Shown: positions 9,712 to 17,843, numbered from the stretch's first letter. The stretch: DNA of 47,231 bases from Candidatus Saccharimonadota bacterium (GCA_013815785.1 JACDFO010000002.1:1-47231); one strand, 5' to 3'. Program-made: numbers and translations. The notes: a model not told the origin generated them from the sequence alone.

Positions 9712-9739
9712 TTGCATGACCAAAGTTATGTGTTAAAAT
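9712..9739 (+). promoter_or_regulatory. Sigma70-like promoter with extended -10 (TTGCAT, 16 nt, TGT-TAAAAT)
   Basis: TTGCAT at 9712-9717 and TAAAAT at 9734-9739, preceded by TG at 9731-9732. An A/C-rich leader follows, up to the ATG at 9794. Confidence 0.45.
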
Positions 9740-9793
9740 CATAAGCAGTTACTACAAAAACAAAAAACTCAAAAACTCAAAAAGGAAATCTGT

Positions 9794-9991
9794 ATGGTTG
9801 GATTGGATAAATTTAACGACCTCCTGCAACAAGATGTCACTCGCAAGGAATTTCTGCATTATCTAGGAATTGCATTACTGAGTCTTATTGGGGTAGCAAG
9901 CATGCTGCAAAATCTAAACAGTGCCGTGAACACAAGCACCACTAAAGATACGCAGAATTCCGGCTATAGTGCCGGTCCTTACGGTAGGTAA
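9794..9991 (+). CDS. Small single-pass membrane protein
   Basis: 65 aa. TRKEFLHYLGIALLSLIGVASML looks like a Tat-like or N-terminal anchor, and the tail is Ser/Thr/Gly-rich. SD AAAGGAAAT lies upstream. Confidence 0.45.
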   Translation: MVGLDKFNDLLQQDVTRKEFLHYLGIALLSLIGVASMLQNLNSAVNTSTTKDTQNSGYSAGPYGR

Positions 9992-10011
9992 ATTGCGCTA
10001 TAATCAGGCTA

Positions 10012-10692
10012 ATGTTTAAAAAAATACTAGCATCGGCCGATATGAGCTATGAGGAGTTTCTTATACCGCTACTATTGCCAATTATAGTTATATTTATTGT
10101 CATCATAGTTACTGAGGCACTCTGGCGGGCAAAAATATTGCGTAACGAACCTGCCCGCAAGCTAGTGCATATTCTTGTGGGCACGTTTGTGGCCTCGTGG
10201 GCATTCTTTTTAGACGATAAAAGCATCGTATTGCTAGCGGTGGCAATGTTTGCGGTCGTTTTGATTTCGCGGACATTTGGCATCTTTCGTTCCATACATA
10301 GTGTTACTCGCAAAACCTGGGGCGAATTATTCTTTCCCCTTGGAATAGTCGCTTGTGCGTTATTAACTGATTCGCCGTGGATTTTTGCAGCTGCAATGTT
10401 ACATGTCAGTATTGCAGACGGCTTGGCTGCGGTCGTAGGTGTTAAATATCATAGGAAGTACGGATATAAAGTTTTTCATCAGCAAAAAACTAGCGTCGGC
10501 ACACTTACGTTTTTCAATGCTTCTTTATTCATCACGCTGGCAACCGTCTTGCTAGCACCAGAACTACAAGGAAATCTATTAATAATTGTATTAGTGCCGT
10601 TAGCGTCAACTCTAGCGGAGAACCTCACGCCTTACGGAGCGGATGATTTACTGGTACCACTGACAGTAACTGGTTTATTGCTTAGTTTGTAG
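10012..10692 (+). CDS. Polyprenol/dolichol/diacylglycerol kinase-family (CTP-dependent) membrane protein
   Basis: 226 aa, multi-TM. RKLVHILVG, WGELFFPLG, IADGLAAVVG, KTSVGTLTFF and ENLTPYGADDLLVP match the CTP_transf_1/DolK-like family pattern. Confidence 0.65.
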   Translation: MFKKILASADMSYEEFLIPLLLPIIVIFIVIIVTEALWRAKILRNEPARKLVHILVGTFVASWAFFLDDKSIVLLAVAMFAVVLISRTFGIFRSIHSVTRKTWGELFFPLGIVACALLTDSPWIFAAAMLHVSIADGLAAVVGVKYHRKYGYKVFHQQKTSVGTLTFFNASLFITLATVLLAPELQGNLLIIVLVPLASTLAENLTPYGADDLLVPLTVTGLLLSL

Positions 10693-12201
10693 TTTTTTTG
10701 TAAAACCGGCGAGTCCAAGCGTTACGATCATCGTAACGGCTTGCAAGCCACTACTTTGCAAAGTCGTAAAGATACCGCTAGAAGCTGCCACGACAAGTAA
10801 GAGTGTTATGAAAAGGCCTAGTATACTGACCGTTTGTGCTCGTCTGAGGCTACGTCTGCTAATCAAGAAACTATCGGCCAGTTTATCGGTGGAGTAATCA
10901 GAAATTATCACATCAGCTGAACCGTTAACGGGTTGGTCATATGTTATTGATACATCCGCGGCGGTCAGACAAGCAGACTCTGCAACGGCATCACCCACAA
11001 AAACGACCGGCTTAGCGTGGGCACGCTCGATACTGCTGATTTTATCTGCTGCAGAGCAATCGCCCTTAAAGTCGCTTATACCGGTTTGTTTTGCTGTTAC
11101 TGATACTGACTTATTGGCAGCACCGCTAGCCAAGATAATCGAGCCTAAACCTAGCTTTTTTAGGCGGCTGATGAGTGTTTTAGCTCCCGGCAAGAGTGTC
11201 TCACTGAATGTAATGTGGCCGATTATTTCTTCGCCTAAGCCAACATATAATACTGTTTCGGGGGGCTCTGTAAGTTGAGGCAGCATTCTCACACCAGACT
11301 TCGCCAGAAAGCTTAATCGACCGATATATAAGCTTTGACCGCGGCGCAAGCGTCCTGCAATACCTTGGCCGGGTACCTCGCGGGCGTGCTTGGCCTTGTT
11401 AACTTTTATGCTTTCAGCTCTGATAACGATTGCCTGGGCCAGATGGTGTACGGAATCAGCGGCGAGCGCAGCCGCAACCTGAAGAACTTCTGACTGAGCA
11501 TGGCTTCCGTAAGCTTTAATTGTCTGTACTTCACTGTGTTCGGTGGTCAAAACGCCAGTCCGGCTTAGTACGACGGAGCCTGCGCCACCAAGACGCTCAA
11601 ATAAGCTTGCCGATTTGACATAAATACCATGACTAAGAGCCTGGTTGAGTCCTGCCAACAACGCTACTGATGGAGCAAGCAGTAGAGGAGTTGTAGATGC
11701 GATTGCGGTAATTTCTAAAAACCTGCCTATGTCACCAGTAACAACCCAGACTGCGCCGCCTAACAGTATTACTAAGATTGTAAATGGCACGCTATAACGG
11801 TCCAGTAGTCGTACAATCGGAGCATGTTTTAGGCTGCTAGGATTTGCTGACTTGTGCGAAAGTTCTGTTTCAGAGTCATGTTTACGCTCCAAAAACCTAA
11901 CCAGTGGCTTTTCGCCGCAAATAATCAGCGCCAGGACAAAAGCCGTCCAATAATGCTTCAGTATAAGCGCGAACAATAAACTCGTTAAAGGTAGTAGATT
12001 TATACCGTAATAGCCATTCTTTAGTGTTTGGTTCATTGTCCGGATGGCTGGTACAAGTACAGCAGCTGATACTGTAAACAGCAGCAGATGAGCTATGTTA
12101 TTCGAGTTTATTCCGGACAGTCCAAGTGCTAAGGTACCAGCAATAATTACTAAACTTAGCATCGGGTACATTTTAAGAAGATGGCGAATTTTACGCTTCA
12201 T
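10675..12201 (-). CDS. P1B-type ATPase-like membrane protein with degenerate catalytic motifs
   Basis: Start chosen at MKRKIRH (ATG at 12201, SD AGGAG upstream). Architecture and spacing follow heavy-metal P-type ATPases, but DKTGT reads SRTGV, TGDN reads SGAAN, GDGxNDAP reads GDAVAESA, and the CPC position reads STTP. Confidence 0.7.
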   Translation of the reverse strand: MKRKIRHLLKMYPMLSLVIIAGTLALGLSGINSNNIAHLLLFTVSAAVLVPAIRTMNQTLKNGYYGINLLPLTSLLFALILKHYWTAFVLALIICGEKPLVRFLERKHDSETELSHKSANPSSLKHAPIVRLLDRYSVPFTILVILLGGAVWVVTGDIGRFLEITAIASTTPLLLAPSVALLAGLNQALSHGIYVKSASLFERLGGAGSVVLSRTGVLTTEHSEVQTIKAYGSHAQSEVLQVAAALAADSVHHLAQAIVIRAESIKVNKAKHAREVPGQGIAGRLRRGQSLYIGRLSFLAKSGVRMLPQLTEPPETVLYVGLGEEIIGHITFSETLLPGAKTLISRLKKLGLGSIILASGAANKSVSVTAKQTGISDFKGDCSAADKISSIERAHAKPVVFVGDAVAESACLTAADVSITYDQPVNGSADVIISDYSTDKLADSFLISRRSLRRAQTVSILGLFITLLLVVAASSGIFTTLQSSGLQAVTMIVTLGLAGFTKKLQTKQ

Positions 12202-12267
12202 GGAAACTCCTGTTATTCTTAGTGTAGGGTTAGAGGTAGTATATATAAGAAAGCAGGGAGACGCCAA

Positions 12268-12822
12268 GTGGCTAATACAGGAAATGTCGGTAAAGTTAGG
12301 CAGCACTTAGAAGACTACTTGAGTGAGTTCGTGTATGGGGGCATCGATGGTGCAGTAACGACCTTTGCGGTAGTTGCTGGGGCTACAGGTGCCCGTTTTG
12401 ATAACAAAATTCTATTGGTACTCGGTTTTGCAAATCTTATTGCAGACGGCTTTTCTATGGGTGTGGGTTCGTACTTATCATCAAAAGCTAATCAACAACT
12501 AATGGTAAAACGTAAGGAATCAATTGCGGATGAGCCTTCCCCGATCATCAATGGGCTGTCTACTTACGCCGCTTTTATCCTGATTGGGCTTGTTCCGTTG
12601 CTTGCTTATACATTTGATTTACTCTTCGATTTAGGCCTTTCCAATCTGTTTGTAATTGCAAGCATACTTACGGCATTTGCTTTTGCAGGAATTGGTTATC
12701 TCAAGAGCAGGATAGCAAAGACACCAGTCGTGCGTTCTGTGCTGGAAACAATGGTACTTGGGGCCATTGCTGCTAGTCTTGCCTATGTTTTAGGTGATTT
12801 ACTCGAAAAGGTTATCGCCTAG
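12268..12822 (+). CDS. VIT1/CCC1-family iron/manganese transporter
   Basis: 184 aa, GTG start with SD AGGGAG. YLSEFVYGGIDGAVTTFAVVAG and ANLIADGFSMGVGSYLS are VIT-family hallmarks. Confidence 0.85.
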   Translation: MANTGNVGKVRQHLEDYLSEFVYGGIDGAVTTFAVVAGATGARFDNKILLVLGFANLIADGFSMGVGSYLSSKANQQLMVKRKESIADEPSPIINGLSTYAAFILIGLVPLLAYTFDLLFDLGLSNLFVIASILTAFAFAGIGYLKSRIAKTPVVRSVLETMVLGAIAASLAYVLGDLLEKVIA

Positions 12823-12827
12823 AGTTT

Positions 12828-13025
12828 TTATTTGGTGGGTTCTTTGGGTACGAAAATTGAAACTATTAAATAGCCAAAAATCAACAACCCGGCCGTAGCA
12901 AACTCTAGAATTATCAAAACTACCCGTACTATCGTAGGGTCTACATTAAAATACTTGGCCAATCCACTTGCTAAACCGGTTAGTACTTTATTGTCTCGAC
13001 TGCGGTAAAGTTTTTTCTCTTGCAT
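12828..13025 (-). CDS. PspC-domain membrane protein
   Basis: KLYRSRDNKVLTGLASGLAKYFNVDPTIVRVVLIIL is a PspC domain. The start is set at MQEKK (13025) because the longer ORF would run through the tRNA promoter. Confidence 0.75.
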   Translation of the reverse strand: MQEKKLYRSRDNKVLTGLASGLAKYFNVDPTIVRVVLIILEFATAGLLIFGYLIVSIFVPKEPTK

Positions 13026-13066
13026 CCATTTATTATAAGCGCAAGAGTTCCGTACAACTAGCAAGA

Positions 13067-13095
13067 TTGATAAATATTTACAAGTATGATATAAT
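13067..13095 (+). promoter_or_regulatory. Near-consensus sigma70 promoter (TTGATA, 17 nt, TATAAT) for the tRNA-Gly/tRNA-Arg unit
   Basis: TTGATA at 13067-13072, an exact 17-nt spacer and TATAAT at 13090-13095, about 55 nt upstream of tRNA-Gly. Confidence 0.6.
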
Positions 13096-13150
13096 ATAAA
13101 CATATAAGATGCTATACTCTATCTGTTAGCAAACCCCCACATGTTGACAA

Positions 13151-13225
13151 GCGGGATTCGTATATCGGTTAATATATAAGTTTTCCAAACTTAGGAGACC
13201 AGTTCGACTCTGGTATCCCGCACCA
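13151..13225 (+). tRNA. tRNA-Gly (anticodon TCC), CCA encoded
   Basis: Hand-folded cloverleaf: acceptor GCGGGAT/ATCCCGC, anticodon arm TAAGT-TTTCCAA-ACTTA, T arm ACCAG-TTCGACT-CTGGT. Confidence 0.9.
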
Positions 13226-13350
13226 CGTCGTAGTTCGTTCCAGCCTTGCCAACAGCTTGCCAAACAAGTGGCCAACCAGTTGACAAGGTCTCGCACAACT
13301 ACTCCTCAACCCCACAAAACAGGTTTTGTGGGGACCCCATTTCAAACAAC

Positions 13351-13427
13351 GCCCTGGTAGCTCAGTTGGATAGAGCAGGAGACTTCTAAGCTCAAGGCCG
13401 CTGGTTCGAATCCAGCCCGGGGCACCA
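13351..13427 (+). tRNA. tRNA-Arg (anticodon TCT), CCA encoded
   Basis: Acceptor GCCCTGG/CCGGGGC, D arm GCTC..GAGC, T arm GCTGG-TTCGAAT-CCAGC, anticodon loop CTTCTAA. The anticodon stem has only 3 Watson-Crick pairs. Confidence 0.8.
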
Positions 13428-13444
13428 GATATATAGAGAGGAAT

Positions 13445-13657
13445 ATGATGACATATGATTTAAATGATCCATTTGTTCGAGTGGTTGTAGTTGGCTTTAT
13501 AATTTCTTTGCCTTTTAAAGTTGTGGGGATTTGGCGGGCCGCCAAAAACAGTCAAAAGGGATGGTTCGCCGTATTATTACTTCTAAATACTGTTGGTATT
13601 TTGGATTTGATATATCTATTCTATTTTTCGAATATAGAGAAAAAGCAAACAGACTAG
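13445..13657 (+). CDS. Small two-TM membrane protein (resembles the DUF5652 family common in CPR genomes)
   Basis: 70 aa. VGIWRAAKNSQKGWFAVLLLLNTVGILDLIYL matches my recollection of the DUF5652 pattern. Confidence 0.55.
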   Translation: MMTYDLNDPFVRVVVVGFIISLPFKVVGIWRAAKNSQKGWFAVLLLLNTVGILDLIYLFYFSNIEKKQTD

Positions 13658-13725
13658 CTTTTACCACTGTATTCGGCTATAATCACCCCTGTTCTAGAAC
13701 CAATTTCGAGAGAGGATTCTCGAAA

Positions 13726-13800
13726 TTGAGAGGAGGAAGCGACTAGAAGGTGAAAGAAAACAAAAGCATTTGTTTTCGGAAGCTGACCGTCGATTCCGAC
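13726..13800 (+). promoter_or_regulatory. Conserved tRNA-upstream module, copy 1 (29-nt block, variable hairpin, 24-nt hairpin block)
   Basis: TTGAGAGGAGGAAGCGACTAGAAGGTGAA (13726-13754) and CGGAAGCTGACCGTCGATTCCGAC (13777-13800) recur upstream of tRNA-Lys at 31358-31437 on the other strand. The order and distance to the tRNA are the same. Confidence 0.45.
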
Positions 13801-13802
13801 GT

Positions 13803-13880
13803 GGCGGGCTTAGCTCAGTTGGTTAGAGCGCCGGGTTGTGGTTCCGGAGGTCGTGGGTTCAATCCCCATAGCTCGCCCCA
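13803..13880 (+). tRNA. tRNA-His (anticodon GTG) with encoded G-1 and CCA
   Basis: G-1 at 13803 lies opposite discriminator C. Acceptor GCGGGCT/AGCTCGC, anticodon arm CCGGG-TTGTGGT-TCCGG, T arm GTGGG-TTCAATC-CCCAT. Confidence 0.9.
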
Positions 13881-13891
13881 ATAGAAATAAT

Positions 13892-13912
13892 GGTCACATT
13901 TGTGGCCTTTTT
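13892..13912 (+). terminator. Intrinsic terminator after tRNA-His
   Basis: GGTCACA-TT-TGTGGCC hairpin followed by TTTTT. Confidence 0.55.
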
Positions 13913-13989
13913 CATTATCTCAGCGAATCAGATTAAATAAAAAGACCGCATTAAGCAATCTTTTTATTTCCAAATGAACAAACCATTTG

Positions 13990-14160
13990 AGAAGCTGTTT
14001 TAGACGTTAGCTTTAGCAGCCATGACACGCGCAACACTGATAATAGTGATTACGATGCCGGCAACCAAAGCTGTAAGTACTACAGCTTCAAGTAGCTTGT
14101 TTGAGCCTGTGTTTGGAAGTGCTAGTGCTGCGACAGTAGTCGTAGAAGCGCCTAATACGG
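13990..14160 (-). CDS. 56-aa LPXTG (LPNTG) mini-protein, candidate sortase substrate
   Basis: Below the ORF-track size cutoff. Hand translation: MYGPVLGASTTTVAALALPNTGSNKLLEAVVLTALVAGIVITIISVARVMAAKANV*. SD GGGAGA lies 5 nt before the ATG. It has LPNTG, a hydrophobic segment and a basic tail. Confidence 0.65.
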
Positions 14161-14281
14161 GTCCGTACATGGTATCTCCCTGTTTTATTAATTAACTGTT
14201 GGATTATATTACAAAATAGTAAAATAAGCAACAAAGTTATATTAGCCTTGTAAATAAAACCATAAATGCTATAATATACTT

Positions 14282-15499
14282 ATGTTTGAAAGTTTTGGTG
14301 CCGCTTTTATTGGCTATATTCCTTGGTCAATGGCGTTTATCTCAGTCATTACCATCCTATTGGTTGGGGTGGTGGCCTTTTTTACTTCTAAAAAACCAAA
14401 AAACTTAGATTCTAATGATTATCTGGTTGGGCCATATAAGCCTGCCCGACGAATCGCCATATTAATTGCTTCTAAAGATGGAGAAAAAACCATTGCCCAG
14501 ACTGTTCGTGCAGCAGCCAAAAATGGTCGAAAAGTATTTGTCGTTTCTGATGGCAGTACTGATAAAACGGCTAGTGAAGCAAAAAAAGCCGGAGCTACTG
14601 TACTGGCTCTGCGCAAAAATATTGGGAAACCAAGTGCACTGCATCGTGCTTATAAGCATTTTAAGCTTGGAAAAAGATTCGATGCTGTCGCAATTTTGGA
14701 CGATGATGTACTAATAAGTCGTGATTTTGTAATTTTAGCTAAGCACTTGATGGGTAATGATGTAGCAATAACAGTCGGCAAAAATATAACTCATTGGCCT
14801 GATGAAAAAAGATGGAATATATGGCTGGCCGCCCGTACATATAGTTATTGGTGCTATCAGCTCACTCTTCGTCGCTTGCAGAGCGCTGCTAATGTTATGA
14901 ACTGTATTTCGGGCTCAAATTCTCTATATCGTACAGAAGTATTGGACCAAGTGTTGTCTGGACACACCCCATACATTGTCGATGATACTTATTGGACACT
15001 CGAAACACATCGCCTAGGCCTTGGGAAAATAGTATATGCACCAAGAGCACACGCTTGGATCCAGGACCCAACTAATTTCCGTGATTGGTACAAACAGAAT
15101 TTACGCTGGATGTGGGGAACTTACCAGGGAATTATTGGTCACCAAATTGGAAGCCAATTTAATCGTTTCCATATGTCCTATGTATTTCTAATGGCTGAGT
15201 GGATACTGTATATAATCAGCGGACCGATTTGTATTTGGTTAATACTACAAGGTGGTCCTGAGCATATACCCCGCCAGCTACTCATTTTAGCGAGTGGTTA
15301 TGCACTGTGGGTAGTCGGCGCTGCCTTGTCGTTGAAGCTGCCCAGGCTTTTGTTTTTTATCCCAGCAATTGCCATAGCGGATTTTATATTTCGTTTTCTA
15401 ATGGTACACGCTTTTTTCAAAGCACTGCGACAAAAAACAGTCCTGGCTTGTGTTTGGGATTCGCCCAAGCGCTTTGATACTCGTAGCGTCACCGCTTAG
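14282..15499 (+). CDS. Family 2 glycosyltransferase, processive synthase type (PgaC/IcaA/cellulose-synthase-like)
   Basis: 405 aa. N-terminal TM, DGSTDKT, AILDDDV, SGSNSLYR, the Q(x)xRW motif KQNLRWMWG and C-terminal TMs. Confidence 0.85.
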   Translation: MFESFGAAFIGYIPWSMAFISVITILLVGVVAFFTSKKPKNLDSNDYLVGPYKPARRIAILIASKDGEKTIAQTVRAAAKNGRKVFVVSDGSTDKTASEAKKAGATVLALRKNIGKPSALHRAYKHFKLGKRFDAVAILDDDVLISRDFVILAKHLMGNDVAITVGKNITHWPDEKRWNIWLAARTYSYWCYQLTLRRLQSAANVMNCISGSNSLYRTEVLDQVLSGHTPYIVDDTYWTLETHRLGLGKIVYAPRAHAWIQDPTNFRDWYKQNLRWMWGTYQGIIGHQIGSQFNRFHMSYVFLMAEWILYIISGPICIWLILQGGPEHIPRQLLILASGYALWVVGAALSLKLPRLLFFIPAIAIADFIFRFLMVHAFFKALRQKTVLACVWDSPKRFDTRSVTA

Positions 15500-16176
15500 T
15501 AATCCGTAATTGGCATAGGGATTGTGTCGAGCGAAGCTCGCACAACTAGGCGGTTTTGGTTTGTGCCAACAGGTGTACAGGTAACAAGCGAAAGGACTGA
15601 TTCAGTCGTCGGAGCAAGCACCTTAGCGTCAGACGGGCTAACTATAATACTGTCTTTTACGGTATATGTATAAGCTATGCCTTGGTAGCTGACATGAATC
15701 TTATCGCCGGGCTTTAGCTTTTCAAGAAGAGTGAATACCCACTTGTAATCACCTGGACTCCATAGTTGCCCGCTGCTATGACCAACAATAATAGTGTGAC
15801 CTTTTTTTCCAGGTCGAGTTGAGTTGCCATATAGCAGCACACCACGTCGCAAGGCCAGTTGAACGTTTGCATCCTGAGAACTCGGTTCATCAAGTATGAT
15901 TGGTGCGTTCACGTTTATAACAGGAATGTTAATGATTGCAGGTGCAGATGGGTCAAACTTTGATACAGTCCCAATATCACTGGCTGTTGCTTGGACCGAA
16001 GGAGTACTCCGATAACGCAGTTGAGCAACTAGCCATTGGCCGTTCAGTACAGCAAATACGATAGCGCTAAGAAGAAGAGTAGCATAGGCCACCTTGGGTT
16101 TACTATAAATCCACGATGTTTTACCTAGTTTCTTAGAAGATTTAGCAGAGTTATTCATAATCCATTGATAATACAA
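15496..16176 (-). CDS. Sortase-family transpeptidase
   Basis: 226 aa, with an alternative start at 16158. TM anchor, HTIIVGHSSG, LSLVTCTP (TLxTC) and NRLVVRA. Confidence 0.85.
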   Translation of the reverse strand: MYYQWIMNNSAKSSKKLGKTSWIYSKPKVAYATLLLSAIVFAVLNGQWLVAQLRYRSTPSVQATASDIGTVSKFDPSAPAIINIPVINVNAPIILDEPSSQDANVQLALRRGVLLYGNSTRPGKKGHTIIVGHSSGQLWSPGDYKWVFTLLEKLKPGDKIHVSYQGIAYTYTVKDSIIVSPSDAKVLAPTTESVLSLVTCTPVGTNQNRLVVRASLDTIPMPITDY

Positions 16177-16246
16177 TAAATTATGAATAAAAGCAAGTAA
16201 TCATTATGATAATGTTTAAAATAAAATATGTTTTGTCGTGTGCAAA

Positions 16247-17767
16247 CTATAACTCGTTTACGACTTCGATTTGAGCGCCGAGGCTATTTAGGCGTTCTGC
16301 GAAATCTTCATAGCCACGATTGATTGAGTAGACGTTGCGGAGCATAGACGTTCCATTAGCCGCCAGCATACCTATCAGTAATAACATAGCTGGGCGAAGT
16401 GCAGGCGGGCAGACTACGTCGGCCGCACTGAATTTGGTAGGACCGTCTACGTATGCACGGTGGGGGTCAGCTAAAGTTACGTTAACATTCAGCTTACGCA
16501 TTTCGGTATAGTACAAAGCTCGCTCTTCGTACACCCAGTCGTGTATGAGCGTGCGGCCCCGCGCAACGGCTGCGATAGGCACAAACATCGGCAAATTATC
16601 GATATTAAGGCCAGGGAAAGGGCGGGCATATATCTTTTCTTCTAAAGCGATTAGTTTGCCGTTATGTTTCTGAACCGTGATATCAACTAGTTCTGTTTGG
16701 CCATTATCTGCTAGATAACGTTCTGAAATATCGAATTTTAAACCCATTTTTTTTAATTTTAGTAACTCAAGCTCTAAAAATTCTATAGGTGCTCGCTGCA
16801 CGGTGATTTTTGAATTTGTAGTAATGGCTGCAGTAATAAATGTCATCGACTCGATTGGATCTTCGCTTGGCGCATAGGTTATGTTCTTTTTGATGTCAGC
16901 AACTCCGCGAACACGGAGTGTACTGGTTCCGATACCTTCAATCCGCACACCTAGTTTTTTTAAAAAGAAGCACAGGTCTTGAACCATGTAATTGGCGCTG
17001 GCCATTTTAATCACCGTTTCATTTTCGAATTTGGCCGCGGCCATCAAAACATTCTCCGTAGTAGTGTCGCCTGATTCATATAAAACAATAGTAGGAGCTG
17101 GCTTCTTTTTGACTTCAACATAATAATGGCCGGTTTTGGCGGTAATGTTAACTCCTAATTCTTCCAGTGCGTATAAATGGGGCTGAACAGTCCGCGTACC
17201 AAGCTTGCAGCCTCCAGCGTAAGGTATTTTAAACTCTTTAAACAAGTGCATGACCGGACCGAGCATCATTAAGACAGAGCGAGTTTTGCGAGCTGCATTC
17301 TTATCCATTTTATCTAGGTTCAGCTTAGCCGGGGGCTTGATTTCTAAGTCGTTACCAGTAGTCCATTTAACATGGACACCCATACTAACTAATACCTCGA
17401 TAATACGATTAACTTCTTCTATTCTAGGCATACGTTTGAGCCTAGTCGTGCCTTTGTTAAGCAGTGAAGCGAATAATAAGCATACGGCTGCATTCTTAGA
17501 AACCTTAGTCGCGACGGTGCCTTTTAATTCGTGGCCGCCTTCAATCCTGAGATTAACAGCACCGCCACTAATTGATATAAGTGGTTTCTTAAGAACATCA
17601 CTGATTCGTGCCAAAGTTTCTAAACTGAGGTTTTGTTTTCCATGCTCAATGCGGTTTACGGCTGACTGAGATGTACTAAGACGTCGGGCAAATGCTGCCT
17701 GAGTCATGCCTCGCTCTTGTCGTAGTTGGTAAATTAATTGACCAATTTTCTCATTAGTTGTAAGCAT
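16247..17767 (-). CDS. murA: XRE-type HTH domain fused to UDP-N-acetylglucosamine 1-carboxyvinyltransferase (MurA)
   Basis: 506 aa. The first ~65 aa (IGQLIYQLRQERGMTQAAFARRLSTSQSAVNRIEHGKQNLSLETLARISDVL) form an XRE HTH. The rest is MurA, with SKNAAVCLL and the catalytic-loop Cys in PYAGGCKLGTRTV. Confidence 0.85.
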   Translation of the reverse strand: MLTTNEKIGQLIYQLRQERGMTQAAFARRLSTSQSAVNRIEHGKQNLSLETLARISDVLKKPLISISGGAVNLRIEGGHELKGTVATKVSKNAAVCLLFASLLNKGTTRLKRMPRIEEVNRIIEVLVSMGVHVKWTTGNDLEIKPPAKLNLDKMDKNAARKTRSVLMMLGPVMHLFKEFKIPYAGGCKLGTRTVQPHLYALEELGVNITAKTGHYYVEVKKKPAPTIVLYESGDTTTENVLMAAAKFENETVIKMASANYMVQDLCFFLKKLGVRIEGIGTSTLRVRGVADIKKNITYAPSEDPIESMTFITAAITTNSKITVQRAPIEFLELELLKLKKMGLKFDISERYLADNGQTELVDITVQKHNGKLIALEEKIYARPFPGLNIDNLPMFVPIAAVARGRTLIHDWVYEERALYYTEMRKLNVNVTLADPHRAYVDGPTKFSAADVVCPPALRPAMLLLIGMLAANGTSMLRNVYSINRGYEDFAERLNSLGAQIEVVNEL

Positions 17768-17843
17768 AACTAGATAATTATATCAAATAAGATATAGCTT
17801 ACAATTACTTTCTGGAATTACGTATCACCTGTAGAATAGAAAC

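Noticed and set aside
12095-12310. 71-aa plus-strand ORF across the ATPase-like/VIT divergent region
   Set aside because: It overlaps the 5' end of the minus-strand ATPase-like gene and the VIT start, and has no motif or SD.
13226-13350. 125-nt tRNA-Gly/tRNA-Arg spacer with GCTTGCCAA repeats and a CCCCACAAAAC/GTTTTGTGGGG hairpin, as a possible extra RNA gene
   Set aside because: It has no cloverleaf and no match to a known RNA that I can recognise. It is most simply a processed inter-tRNA spacer with a stabilising hairpin.
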